DNA of 64,000 nucleotides. It comes from Campylobacterales bacterium (GTDB lineage: Bacteria > Campylobacterota > Campylobacteria > Campylobacterales > QNZT01). Made by a program: the position numbers and the translations under genes. The notes under the pieces were generated by a model. That model worked only from the letters and a program-made list of their open reading frames with translations. It ran no database searches and was not told the DNA's origin. Every line of letters starts with the position of its first letter. Within the stretch, counting starts at the first letter, position 1. Location of the stretch: assembly GCA_027023305.1 (NCBI GenBank), contig JALVVR010000041.1:11029-75028 (forward strand), written 5' to 3'. Below are positions 9,601-24,600 of the stretch, piece after piece.

Positions 9601-12600
9601 CTGTATTAACATTTTTATAGCTTAGCCAGTCATTGTTTCCACTTCCTGCATCAAGATAATCTTTTCCATCACTACCAAAGATAGTATCATCTCCATCTCC
9701 TGAAAGGATAGTGTTTATAGAGCTATTTCCTGTTATGGTATCTTTAGCATTGCTTCCAACTATATCTTCTATCTCAACAAAAGTTGAGCTTCCAACTCCA
9801 CTTCCACTAGCAGTAGAGTCTCCACTGTCTTTCATGATAACCTCTACTCCAGCATCAGAAGATGTTAAAGATAATCCTGAAAAATCATAAGTATCCTCAT
9901 CACTTCCACCCTCTATTCTATCACTTCCATCACTAGCTAAAAATGTATCATTTCCACTATTTCCTTTTAGTGTATCTTTTATATCACTTGCCAAGTTACC
10001 TTTTATGACATCTATGTTTGATGAACCATTTACGATATTAAAGTCATAAACTTCAGAGCTGTTAGAGTTTCCATCTATGGTTAGGGTATTGGATGATAGG
10101 TCGATGATAGATTTGCTACCTATTCTGCTTAGGTCGATAGTATCTCCATCCTCTCTATCGCCGTTGCTACTTCCATCTCCACCATCATAAACATTTACTA
10201 CATCTCCATCATTTGCATATACAGTATCTATACCTGCTCCACCCCATAGAGTATCTTTTAGAGTATCTGATGATGAGTCATCACTTCTTTTTCCATAGAT
10301 AAAATCATTTCCATCTCCACCTTTTATAAAATCCTCTCCATCTCCACCATATAGGGTATCACTCCCCTCTTCTCCACTTATTAGATCATTTCCACTATCT
10401 CCATAGATTTTGTCATCTCCAAGACCTCCTCTAAGATCATCACTTCCTTCATTTCCGTGGATTAGGTCATTTCCATTTTCTCCAAAGATTGTATTTGCTG
10501 AGCTGTTTCCTGTTAGGGTATCATCATTTTTAGTTGCAACAAGGTTTTCAAAACCTTTTGCTACCTCATCAGTAGATCCAAATCCATCACTTACAATCTT
10601 CTCAGAAGATAGATCAACCACTATCTTATTGTCTCCAACATCTATATCTTTATAGCTTAGATAGTCATTGATTCCATCACCAGCATCAAAGTAATCACTT
10701 CCATCTCCACCAAAGATAGTATCATCTCCACTTCCACCAAGCAGAGTATCATCACCACCTTTACCATCTATAACATCAACTCCATCAAGACCACTTATAG
10801 AGTTGTTTTGAGAGTTACCTGTCAAACTATCATTTACTGTTGTTCCTATGATATGTTCAATCCCATCAAAGCTTATATTTCCTGCATCTCCACTAGCGGT
10901 ACCTGCACCCATATCAACGATAACTCCAGAGTTATCACTATCAGCATCACTAACTTCAGCAAATGTTAGTGTATCTCCCAAAGTACTATCTCCACCATGG
11001 ATAACATCTCCACCTATTGTAGCTTTGATAAGGTCATCTCCAGCTCCTCCAAAGATAGTATCTTGAGACTCACTACCTTTTATGGTATCATTTTCTTCTG
11101 TTGCTTTTATGACATTGAAGCCATCTATGGTGTTACTAAAGGTTGAGTTAGCATCATCATTTTTAACCTCAATCGCACTATTTTCACTCAAGTCTATATT
11201 CATATGATATGAACTATCCATCTGTGAAAAGTCGATAGTATCTCCACTATCTCCACCACCTTTTAGAGTATCAACTCCCAAGTGATCCAAGATAATATCA
11301 ACTCCAGCTCCACCATCAAGATAATCCTCTCCAGCACCACCACTTAAGTAGTCATTTCCAGCACCACCAAAGAAACTATCTTCATGAGATATGGTTGTAT
11401 CGGTTCCTTTATATCCTTTTAGAGTATCTGCTAAGTTTGTTCCTTTTACAACCTCTATGCCATTTAACTCATCAGCTTGAGTTGTTGTTGCTTCATATTT
11501 ACTCTCATTATTGTTCCACTCTACTGTTACTGCTGTTCCAGAATCCTTGTAAGATACTGTATCTTTTCCACTATCTCCACTAGCTTCTCCACCATAGACT
11601 GTGTTTTTACCATTGTCACTTAGGATAAATGTATCGTTACCATCTCCACCATATAGGTAGTCCTCATTTGTTCCTGAACTTATGATGTCATCCCCATCTC
11701 TACCATAGATGATGTTTTTACCAGCAGTACCTTTTACTATATCTACCCCATCAAAACCTTTATAGTTTTCGATAGATGTCATGGTGTCATGCTCTAAGTT
11801 TGAGTTATCAGCTTTTTTGATATATGTATCTCCATTTAGGTCTGCTTCTATATGATCGGCATCGCTATATGCACTATCTACATATCCATAATCAACACTA
11901 TCACTACCAGCTCCTCCATCTAAGATGTCATCTCCCTTTCCTCCAAAGAGAGTATCATCATCACTCTCTCCATAAAGGGTGTCTTTTCCATCATCTCCAA
12001 CTAAAACATCATTGTCTGCTCCACCTTTTAGGATATTGTCTTCACTATTACCTTTTATGTAGTCTTTTAAATCACTTCCTATTACATTTTCTATACCAAC
12101 TAAAGTATCATTTCCAGCTTGTGCATGAACTCTTTGAGAGCCTGAAACAGTCAAATCAACTTCAATTCCATCATAAGCATCACTTGAATCTTTATCTGCA
12201 CCACTTCCATCTGCATCTCTATCATCTTCACTATCAGCTACAAAATCTTTTATCTGTGAGTAGTCAACTGTATCATTTCCAACTCCTCCATCAAGATAGT
12301 CATCTCCAATTCCTGCTATGATAGTATCGTTATCCCCTTCACCATAAATCTTATCATTTCCATCTTGCTCTGTTATAGTATCATTCCCAGCTCCAGCTTT
12401 TATGGTGTTGTTTGCCTTATCTCCACTTGCTTGATCTCCACTGTCAGTTATGACATCTCCAGCTTTTCCACCTATGACATTTTCGATAGAGTCTAGGATG
12501 TCATTTCCTTGAGTTGAAGATGATGCAAACTTTCCTTGTAGATTTATAGTAACTGAGTCTGTTACACCTGCATATGATACCCAGTCTCCACCTTCGCCAC

Positions 12601-15600
12601 TACTATAAGTTTCACTTCCACCTTTTATCTTATCATCTCCAGCTCCACCACTTATAATGTCGTTTGCATCTCCACCATCTATGGTGTCATCTCCATCTCC
12701 ACCACTTATGGTATCCTCTCCAGCTTCTCCATAGATAGTGTCATTTCCAGCTCCACCAAGTAGGCTCTCTAGTGAGTCATTTGCTCCACCATAGATAAGG
12801 TCATCTCCTTTTTTTCCATCTATGCTGTCTACTCCATCCATACCTTTTAGAGTGTTTGAGCTTGCATTTCCTGTTATATTGTCATTTCCAGCAGTTGCTG
12901 TTACATTTTCTATATTTTTTATCTTATCATCATCCCCATTATGAAGATCTGCAGTTATAAATCCATCAGCATCTGGAGAGTCTCCTAAGTTTATGGTTAA
13001 GTAGTTAGAGCTATCAGTGATAGCACTATAATCAACTGTATCATTTCCATCTCCACCATCTATCTTATCTACTCCATCATCAGATGCACTAGCTTTTATA
13101 AGGTCCTCTCCATCTTGTCCATAGATAAGGTCAGCTCCACTTCCACCTGTTATCTCATCATCTCCAACACCAGCATAGATAGTATCTGCTCCACCTTTTG
13201 CATCTAACTTATCATCTCCAGCATATCCATAGAAGATATTTTTATCATCATTTCCTGTTATCTCATCACTTCCACCATCACTTCCTAAGATGTTGTTGAT
13301 ATATGAGATAGTATCAGCTTCATCATTTGCACCATTCCACTCATTTCCATCAGTATCATCAGCATCCACTTTTACAGTTGAAGTAGAAGTTGCTGTGTTT
13401 AGTGTTACTTGGATTTTGTTTTCACTTCTATAATCAGCATAATTGTTTGTATCAGTTCCACTACCACCGATAAGAGTATCAGCTCCTTTTAATCCTTCTA
13501 ATGTATCAATTCCTGCTCCACCTTCTAATATATTTGTAGTATCACTTCCGATTATAGTATCATCGCCACTACTTCCAAGAGCATTTTCTATATCTCTTAA
13601 CTCATCACTATCTCCAGCTACTACTGCACCACTACCATCAACAACTTTTCCCTCTTTGCTTTTTAGATTTATCACTGCATGATTTGCATTATTAGTTACA
13701 TAGCTATAAGATACTGTATCATTTAAACTATCATCAACACCATTTTCATCTCCACCAAAGATTTTATCAGCTCCTATACCACCACTTAGGGTATCATCTC
13801 CACTATCTCCGATGATAGTATCATTTCCATCTCCTCCATCTATACTGTCATCTCCACTATCTCCACTTAAAGTATCTACTCCATCTTCTCCATAAATAGT
13901 ATCTGCTTCATCTCCTCCATTTATGATATTTGTATCAATATTTCCTGTTAGGGTATCTTTAGCAGTTCCACCTATGATATTTTCTATATGTGTTATTGTA
14001 TCTTCATTATTTCCATCTATTTTTGCAGTTGCACTTGCATCAGCATTTGCTAAATCAAGTTCAACAGTTTTTGTTACAGCTGAGTAATCAACTGTATCAC
14101 TTCCACTTGTTCCATCAACTTCATTTCCACCATCTATAGTGTCAGTTCCATCACCCTCTTTAACTATAAAGGTATCATTTCCATAACCACCACTTAAAGT
14201 ATCATCTCCATCTCTTCCATCTATAGTATCATTTCCACCAGCTCCGTAGATAGAGTTAGCTCCACTACTTCCTTTTAAGATGTCATTTCCTATATTTGAT
14301 CCTATTATATTTTCTATATTTGTTAAGTGGTCATATCCATGATGAGTTGAAGCTGCATTATAATCTCCATTTCCATCTTGATCTGTAAGTCCACCATTTA
14401 AATCAACTTGAACATCAGTTAGAGAGCTTAAAAATGATGCAGTATCAACTCCATCTCCACCATCTATTTCATCATTTCCAGCTCCACCTTCAAGGATGTC
14501 ATTTCCACTTCCTCCATCAAGTGTATCTGCACCATCTCCACCTTTAATGTTGTCTTGACCACCTTCTCCATAGATAGTATCATCTCCAAATCCACCCTCT
14601 AGTATCTCTATATCATTTAAATCACTGTTATCGGTATTGTCTCCACCGTAGATGATATCTTTTCCTGTTCCACCAAAGATAGTATCACTTCCACCATCTC
14701 CTCTTAAGCTATCATCTCCTGCATCTCCAGCTAAGTAATCTTTTCCATCTCCTCCATATAGGGTGTCATTTCCCTCTCCTGCACTTATAGTATCATCTCC
14801 ACTATTTGCTTGGATAAAGTTTGAGGTAGCTGATCCTACTATACTATCATCACTTTGAGTTAGGATGAGGTTTTCTATGTTTTTAACTGAGTCAGTTTTG
14901 TTATCACTACTATCAGTAAAATCTCCATCACTATCATAGTCTAGTACCAAATCACTAGCAGTTCCACCCTTTAACTCTCCTCTTATACCACCTTTTGTGC
15001 TATTAGAAGAGTCTCCAAAAGAGCTATAATCGATAGTATCAACATCAGCTCCACCATCTATGTTGTCTGCTAAGTTATCTAAGTTTGATTTATCTTGTTT
15101 AAAAAGGTCTCCACCCTCATCTCCTTCAAGAGTATCACTTCCTTTTCCACCCTCTATGACATCAGCTCCTGCTCCACCTCTTAGGGTATTTGAGTCATCA
15201 CTTCCTTTTATCTCATCTGCATAATCACTTCCTATGATGTTTGATATACCATAGAGAGTATCTTTTTCATCACTGTCATCCCAACCATTGTTATCGTTAT
15301 CAACTATGACACTGTTTGGATCGTCTAATAGATCTACTTTGATTTTATTTTGACCTGTATATCCTGCAAAGTCTCCATCTCCAGCTTGACCAGTCTCTTT
15401 TGTTGCTATAAGAATATCATTTCCTAGTCCACCATAGAGTGTATCTTGACCTGCTCCACCCATGATAGTGTTTGCTATATCATTTCCTGTTAGCTTATCA
15501 TTTCCACTACCACCTAGGATATTTTCAACTCCACTTATAACATCTCCTTGTGCATCTCCTGCACTGTTAGTTCCTGTTTTTAAGTTTACTATAACTCCTG

Positions 15601-18600
15601 TGGTATCACTATCATAACTAACTAAGTCAACTCCAGCTCCACCAACTATCTTGTCAGCTCCGCTTCCTCCCTCTAGGGTGTCATCTCCGCTTCCTCCCTC
15701 TAGGGTGTCATCTCCAGCTTTTCCTTTTAGGGTATCTGCTTCATCTCCTCCAGCAAGGATATTTACTAAGCTATTTCCTGTGATAATATCTTTGTTGCTA
15801 GTTCCTGTGATATTTTCTATATCATATAGTTTGTCATCATAACTATTTGAACCATCTTTTATAGATGAGGTTGTAACTCCACTATTAGCTAACTCTACCT
15901 CTACATGACCTGAAGTTAAAAGATGATAATCAACCATATCACTACCACCATCTCCATAAAGAGTATCGGTAGTACTCTCTAAATCTTTTATCAAGAATGT
16001 ATCATCTCCCTCTGCACCCTTTAGAGTGTTTGATAAGCTATCTCCTGTGATAGTATCATTTAGGTTTGAGCCAACTACATTTTCTATATTTTTTAACTTA
16101 TCACTTCCTGTATCTGAACTACTTGCAGTTCCGTAATCATCATTATCTCTATCTTTTAAATCTACCACAACTTTTGATAGTGATGATGAGAAGTTAACCT
16201 CATCTATGTCATCTCCACCATCAAGGGTGTCATCTCCTCTATCAGCATATAGGGTATCACTTCCAGCATCTGCATAAAGCAAATCATCCCCATCATCCCC
16301 TTTTAAGCTATCATCTCCACTTCCACCGTGAAGTTCATCATTATCTGCTCCTCCATAGAGAGTATCATTATCATCTCCTCCATAGAGTTTATCATCATCA
16401 TTTCCACCCTTTAAGATGTCAACTCCACTCTCTCCATATATCTCATCTTTTCCACTAGCACCATCTAGGATGTCATTTCCAGCTCCACCTTTTAGGGTGT
16501 TGTTAGCTGTATCTCCTGTGATTGTGTCATCTCCACTTCCACCTATGACATTTTCTACATTTTTTACATCTCCACTATCACTGCCTGCTACTTTGATAGT
16601 TGCTGAGTTTACAGTGTTTAGTGTAAGCTCTACTTTATCGCTGTTTGTAGAACCATCAGCTTTTAGTGAAAAGTCTATCGTATCTACTCCAGCTTCTCCA
16701 TCAAAAAGATTGTTTTCTCCAGATGAGTAGTGGATAAGGTCAGATCCCTCTCCAGCTTTTATAGTGTTATCAACTCCATCAGTGGAGAAGAAAATATCAT
16801 CATGAGATGTTCCTATAACATTTTCGATAGATGAAAGGGTATCATTTACATGATTTCCATCTCCATTTATATTTTTCCCACTTCCTGATGATAGATTTAC
16901 TATCATAGCTTCATCTATATTTTCATAGCTTACTGTATCACTACCACTACCACTTCCATCTAAACTATCTCCATAGATATAGTTTGTCCCTGTTTTTGCC
17001 TCTATGGTATCATTTCCACCATTTCCAACAAGAGTATTGTTTGTAGAATCTTTTCCTATAATGGTATCTGTTTGATTAGAACCTGCGATTAGCTCTATAT
17101 TTCTTAAAGTATCAGTGTATGCTCCATAGGTAGCTGTCTCTTTTGTTAAGTCTATAACTATGTTGTTTTCACTATTTGCACTATAATCAGCCCAATCTTT
17201 ATCTCCATCTCCACCATCTAGGTAGTCATTTCCTCCTCTAGCAAATAGTCTGTCATCTCCACTTCCACCTTTTATCGTGTTATCGCTATCATCTCCTTTT
17301 ATGATGTCATTTCCTGCTGTTCCTACTACATTTTCTATATTTTTTAGTTTATCTGTTGTATTACTTCCATCGTTATCATGAACTGTTACATCTGCATATC
17401 CATCTGTTAAAGAGGTTAAATCTACACTTATAGAGTCATCTGCCTCTGTTAGCTTATCACTATAATCTATTGTATCACTTCCATCATTTCCATCAAACTT
17501 GTTGTTAGATGTAATATCTGTGTAAAACTTATCATCATGAGATGAACCTTTTACATTTTCGATATTTATTAAGGTATCATCTCCCTGTTCACTGTTTATA
17601 TGTTGAGAAGTGGTTCTTCCTAAATCAACTGTAACTGGTGCAGAAGATAGTGAATAATCAACGATATCCTCTCCATCTCCACCATCAAAGTAGTCATTTC
17701 CAGCTCCACCTTTGATGATGTCATCTCCACTTCCACCCTCTAAGTGGTCATTTCCTTCTGCTCCATCTAATATATCACTTCCAGCTCCACCTTTTAAAGT
17801 GTTGATAGCAGTATCTCCTACTATGTTATCATCTCCACTACCACCGATAAAGTTTTCTATGTTTACTATCTTATCATTGTCATATCCATTTATCACTACA
17901 TCTGTTTGAGCTGTTGTGTTTAGAGTTACATCTATATTTTTTGAGATAACTGAGTAGTTGATAGTATCATTTGTACCATCTTCTCCATCTACAAAGTCAA
18001 CTCCATCATTTGTATCAACTAAAGTATCACTGCTATCATCATATCCTCCCATGTAGAAGGTATCATTTCCAGCTCCACCTAGAAGAGAGTTGTTGTTTTC
18101 ATCTCCAAAAAGGGAGTCATCTCCACTTCCAGTTGTTAGGTTTTCTATATTTGTTATGGTATCTTCATCTCCACTTTTTATCGTTTGAGCTGAGCTTTTT
18201 CCGAGTTTTATAGTCAAATCATCACTATAATTTGAGTAATCAATAGTATCGCTTCCATCCTTTCCATCAAAGGAGTTTGCTATGTTACCTGTTGCTGTTT
18301 TAAAGTAGTCATCTCCACTACTTCCTATAAAGTTTTCGATACTGTTTATAGTGTCACTATCAGTTGAGTCTACAACTACTTTGCTGTTTGCTATATCTAC
18401 ACTTACTGAACCATTTGTAACATACTCATAACTTGATGTATCACTTCCAGCTCCACCTTGAAGATTATCATCACCACCATTTCCAACAAGTAGGTCATCT
18501 CCATCTCCAGCTTGGATGGTATTGTCTTTATTGTCAGCTTTTATTTGGTCTTTTCCACTACTTCCTATGACATTTTCTATATCTTTTATATAATCTTTTG

Positions 18601-21600
18601 GTTTAGATTCTCCACCTTTAGTTACACTAACCTCTGTATAGCCTTTACCATCAGTTTGACTTAAATCTAGTGATATAACATCATTGCTATCTGTCATATC
18701 ACTATAATCGATAGTATCTCCACCGCTTGACTCTTCTCCTTTTGCATCAATCTTGTTTGATTGTTCATGATTTGTTGTAAAGGTATCATTGTATGAAGAG
18801 CCTATCGCATTTTCGATAGATTTTAGAGTATCACTTCCTTGACCTCCACCAACATTTTGCTCTTCTTCAGTTCCTAAAGAGACTCTTATACCACTACTTG
18901 CATCACTATAATCAACAGTATCAGTTCCACTTCCACCATCTATTAGGTCGTTATTACTACCACCTTTTAGGATGTCATCTCCCTTTTGTCCATATAGTGA
19001 GTTGTTTCCTATACCACCATCTAGGAAATCATCTCCACCACCTCCATAGATAGTGTCATTTCCACTCTCTCCATAGATAGTGTCATTATTTGAAAGTGTT
19101 CCACTCTCATCTGTTAGCTTTTCATCTCCATAGATTCTATCATGATCACTTCCACCGTGGATTATATCTTCTCCATCTCCACCGATAAGAGTATCATTTC
19201 CAGCTTTTCCATCTATGTTATCATCTCCGCTGTTTCCATCTAGTATGTTTACATTGTCATCTCCAGCGATACTATCACTTACAGTTGAGCCTGTTATATT
19301 TTCAATATTTGAGACTGTATCATTTTGTAAGTCAGCAACTGTTACAGTAGCCTCTCCACTTCCATTTAGAGTAACGGTAATAGCCTTATCTATACCACTA
19401 TAATCAACTGTATCACTTCCTAAGTTTCCGTTGAAGTTGTTTGCTACTGATGTATTAGTTATAAATGTATCATCTCCATCTCCACCTATAGCTTTTTCTA
19501 TCGAAGTAAAGCTATCTCCTTCACTACTAGAGTTTTTTGAAAAGTCTACCTTTACACTACTGTTATAGTAGCTATAATCAACTGTATCCTCTCCACTACT
19601 TCCACCATCTATGGCTTTATTTCCACCATATATTTTGAAAATATCATCATTTTTTGTTCCAACTATCTTTTCTATTGAGCTAAAGGTATCACTATCGCTA
19701 CCATTTCCTATCTGTGCAGTAAGATTTTTAAAATCTGCTGTTAATATATCACTGTTTGTTACATAGTTATATACAAGTGTATCAGTACCATCTTTACCAT
19801 CAAAAGAGTTTGCATTTGCATCTCCTTTAAAAATATCATTACCATCACTTCCTAATATATTTTCTATTTTTAAAAGAGTATCTTCAGCTTCTTTTGAACC
19901 ATTTTTAAAAATATCTGATTTTTCATCAGTTAAATCTACATTTACATAATCTTTTGTTACATCATTAACATTTATTTTTTCATAACTAACAGTATCTCCC
20001 TTTCCACCATTTTGAGTTTCATTTGACTCATCTGCACCACCATCAAAAATATTGTTTTGATTTTCAGCTGATTTAAAAGTATCTGAGTAGCTACCACCTA
20101 TATATTTTTCTATAGATTCAAACTTATCACTATCTGCTCCTCCACCTACATTTTGATAATCAGTTTCTGCTGCATCTATTGATATACCTGCTGTAGAAGT
20201 TGAGAAATCTACAGTATCTACTCCATCTCCTCCTTTATAGAAATCATTTCCTGCTGTACTTATAAACTCATCATCTCCAGCTTGTCCATCTAGCATATTG
20301 TCTGCTTTATTTCCTTTTATATAGTCATTTCCAGCAGTTGCTACTACATTTTCAATATGTGAGATTGTATCTTCGTCACTACCATCTACTTTTATAGTTG
20401 AAGTATTATCATCATCTGCTAAAGTTATACTTATATTATGAGTGTTATCTAAATCACTATAATCAACTGTATCACTTCCATCTCCTCCATCAACTATATC
20501 ATTTCCATCTCCTATATGAGCGATAAAAATATCATCTCCTGCTTCACCATATAAGTTATCAGTTTCATTTTTACCATCTATAACATCTTTACCTGCTCCA
20601 CCTTTTATGGTATTTACAACATCACTTGCAGTAATAGTATCATCTCCAGCACTTCCGATAACATTTTCTACTCCACTTATGAAATCTTTATCATTTGTTT
20701 CTACAGCACTTCCATCATAGATAACTGCATTGTGTCCATCTATATTTGTTCCAGTTAAATCTACTACTGCCTTATAGCTTCCATCTGTTATATAATCATA
20801 ACTAATAGTATCTACACTTGTATCACTACCATCAGTAGATCCCCCATAAATAAGATCTTCTCCATCATTTCCTACCAAATAATCTTGTCCTTTATATCCA
20901 TAAAGAGTATCATTACTATTTGATCCTTTTAGAGTATCATCATATTTACTTCCTATGATTCCCTCTATATTTGAAAGTCTATCACTTGAACCATCTCCAT
21001 CATTATCTACTTGAAAACCATTTCCATCACTATCATTTAAATCGGCATTTATTTTGTTTGATGCTAAAGTATAGTTAGCTAAATCGCTTCCCTCTCCACC
21101 ATCAAGGGTATCACTACCTTTGTTTCCTATAAGTGTATCATCTCCTTTATCTCCATAAATAGTATCATCATCATCTCCACCATATAGTATATCAACTCCA
21201 TCATCTCCATGAATAGTATCTTTTCCAGCTTCTCCTTTTATGATATCATCTCCAGCATTTCCTGATAATTCATTTGCCCCAGAGTCTCCTGTTATATCAT
21301 CATTTACTGTACTACCTTTAATATTTTCTATATTTTTTATCACATCATTTTGGGAGTCTGCTACTGTAACTGTGGCATCATTTGATCCATCAAGAGTTAC
21401 AGTTATACTATTAGTTATATGAGAGTAATCTGCTGTATCTGTTCCTGTGTTTCCATCAAATCTGTTTTCAACACCTGTATCTGTTTTAAAAATATCATTT
21501 CCACTTCCACCTATTGCATTTTCTATATTTGCAAACTTATCACTTTCACTACTTGTATTTGTAGCAAAATTGACCTCCACTCCTGTAGTGTATTTACTAT

Positions 21601-24600
21601 AATCCACAGTATCACTTCCACTATGTCCATCTACATCTCTGTTTCCACCATACATTTTAAAAGTATCATCACTTTGACTTCCGATAACTTTTTCTATCGA
21701 TGTAAATGTATCATCATCACTATCTGATATCTTTGCATGAGAAGTTTCAAAGTCTACATCTAAAGAAGTTGTATAATCTTCATAACTTAGTGTATCTACT
21801 CCATCTTTTCCATCAAATGCATTTGCCCCAGAGTCTCCTTTGAATCTATCATCTCCTTTACTTCCATCTGTATTTTCTATGTTTGTTAGAGTATCTGTTG
21901 CTGTTTTTGTTCCATCAATATATATATCAGATTTATTATTTGCCAAATCCACTTCAACTCTATCTTGGGTTGTATCATCTACAGCTAAATTATCAAGATA
22001 GCTTACTGTATCTTGATTACCACCAGCTCCATCAAAGATATTATCTTGATCGTATGCTGATTTAAAAGTATCGTTATATCCACTTCCTTTGATTTTTTCT
22101 ATATCTATAAAAGTATCACTTCCTTGTCCACCACCTACTATCTGAGAACCTGTTTCTTGCATATCTATAGTTATTGGTCCAGTTGCATCTTTAAAATCAA
22201 CTGTATCTATATCACCACTATCATCTCCACTTCCATCATATATATCATTTCCTGCACTACTTATAAAAGTGTCACTACCTTTTTGACCATAAAGAGTATC
22301 ATTTCCTTCATCACCATTTAACTCGTCATCTCCATCATTACCATAAAGAGTATCATCTCCCTCTCCACCTTTTATGATATCTTTACCTGCTCCACCTTCA
22401 ATTTTATTTTTTTGATTATTTCCACTAAGATTATCATTATTAACTCCACCAATGATATTTTCTATATTTTTTAAACTATCTTCATCAGTATTATCTACTT
22501 TAACAGTAGAAACTCCATCATCATCTGCTAGATTAATCTCTACTTTTTTTGTAACGGCAGAATAATCAACACTATCTATACCACTTCCACCATCTATCAC
22601 ATCACGACCATCATTGTCATGAGCTATAAATGTATCATCTCCAGCTTCTCCTAAAAGATTATCAGAGCCTTCTTTACCATCAAGGATATCTTTCCCATTA
22701 CCAGCTTTGATATTGTTATTATCACTGCTACCTGTTAGAGTATCATCTCCAATACTTCCTATAATGTTTTCTATATCAAATAAAAAGTCTTTATCATTTG
22801 TAACATTATTACTTCCATCATAAACTACTGCATTGTGTCCTTCTATATTTGTTCCACTTAAATCTACAGCTACTTTGTATGATGAATCTGAAATATAATC
22901 ATATCTAACCTCATCAATATCACTATCGTTAGTCGTATCTCCATCATCTCCATAAAGATAATCTTCACCACCTTTTCCAACTAAAGTATCTTTACCTCCA
23001 TTACCATATAGAGTATCTGCTAAACTACCACCTTTTATAGTGTCATCATGAGATGAACCTAGTATTTTCTCTATATCTACTAACTTATCTTTTCCTCCAG
23101 CTCCATCAAAATCTACTTGATAATTATCATTGTTTTCATCAGTTAAGTCAACAACTATCCTATCATCTGCACTACTATAATCAGCTGTATCTTGTCCTTC
23201 TCCACCTCTTAACTCATCATTACCAGCTCCACCAAATAGATAATCATCACCTTTATATCCATCTAAAGTATTATCTTCAGCATCACCTTTAAGAGTATCA
23301 CTTACTGAAGAACCTATGATATTTTCAATATTTTTAACTGTATCATTTGCATAAGTATTTATCGTTACAGTTGCATCATTTGCACCATTTAGAGTTACAT
23401 CAATAGATTTTGAGATATGAGAGTAATCAACAGTATCATTATCACTTCCTCCATCATATACATCACTTCCATCATCACCATCTTCTATCTCTCCATCTGT
23501 ATCAAAGGCATCTCCATCACTATCTATACCAGCTATAAAAATATCATTTCCACTACCTCCACTAACAGTATCATCTCCTCTTTCTGCTATAATAGTATCA
23601 TTTCCAACATTGCCATCTATGCTGTTATTATCACTATCAGCAACTATTTTATCATCATGAGTACTTCCTTTGATATCTTCTATATTTTTTATCTTATCAT
23701 CAGCTTGTCCACCTATATATGCAGTTGAAAATCCTTCTGTATCTATGTTATTTAAATTTAACTCTACAAAATCTGTAGAACTTGAGAAGTTGATACTATC
23801 ATGGTCATCAATACTCTCTCCACCATCTATAATATCTATACCATCTCCACCATCTAAAATATCACTTCCAGCTCCACCCAAAAGTATATCTTCACCAGCT
23901 CCACCTTTTAAGATATCATCTCCAGCTCCAGCTTTTAAAGTATCACTATTTGCACCACCATCTAACTTGTCATCTCCATTACCTGTTTCTATATAATTTT
24001 TTAAGGTATCTCCCGTAATAGTATCATCTCCACTACCTGTTATAACATCTTCAATATTCTTAACTTTATCAGTTGTAATCCCATCTACTTTAACATCTTT
24101 TTGAGATGAGCCTTCTAGTGTTAGCTCTATCTTATTTGATAAAGAGCTATAATCAACTCTATCATGACTACCAGCTCCACCATCAACAATATCTCCATCT
24201 CCTTTAAGCATAATTGTGTCATTTCCACTACCGCCAAATATAGAATCTACTCCTGATTCACCATCTATGATATCATTTCCATCTTCTCCATAGATTGTAT
24301 CACTATCATCTCCACCAAAAATATTATCTACAGAGTTACCTCCATGTATCTTATCTTCTCCTTTAGCACCATATAAAGTATTTGTTCCATCTTGAGTTCC
24401 TGATAAATCTTGACTACCTCCATAGATATAATCATCTCCATCATTACCATCTATAATATTATCTCCCCCTAGACCTACTAATATATTTGAGCTATTATCC
24501 CCTTTTATAGTATCACTACCTTCATGTGTTCCTATGATATTTTCTATACCATAAAGTGTATCTGTAAAATCAGGATTTGAAAAGTCACTAGCTGAATTAT

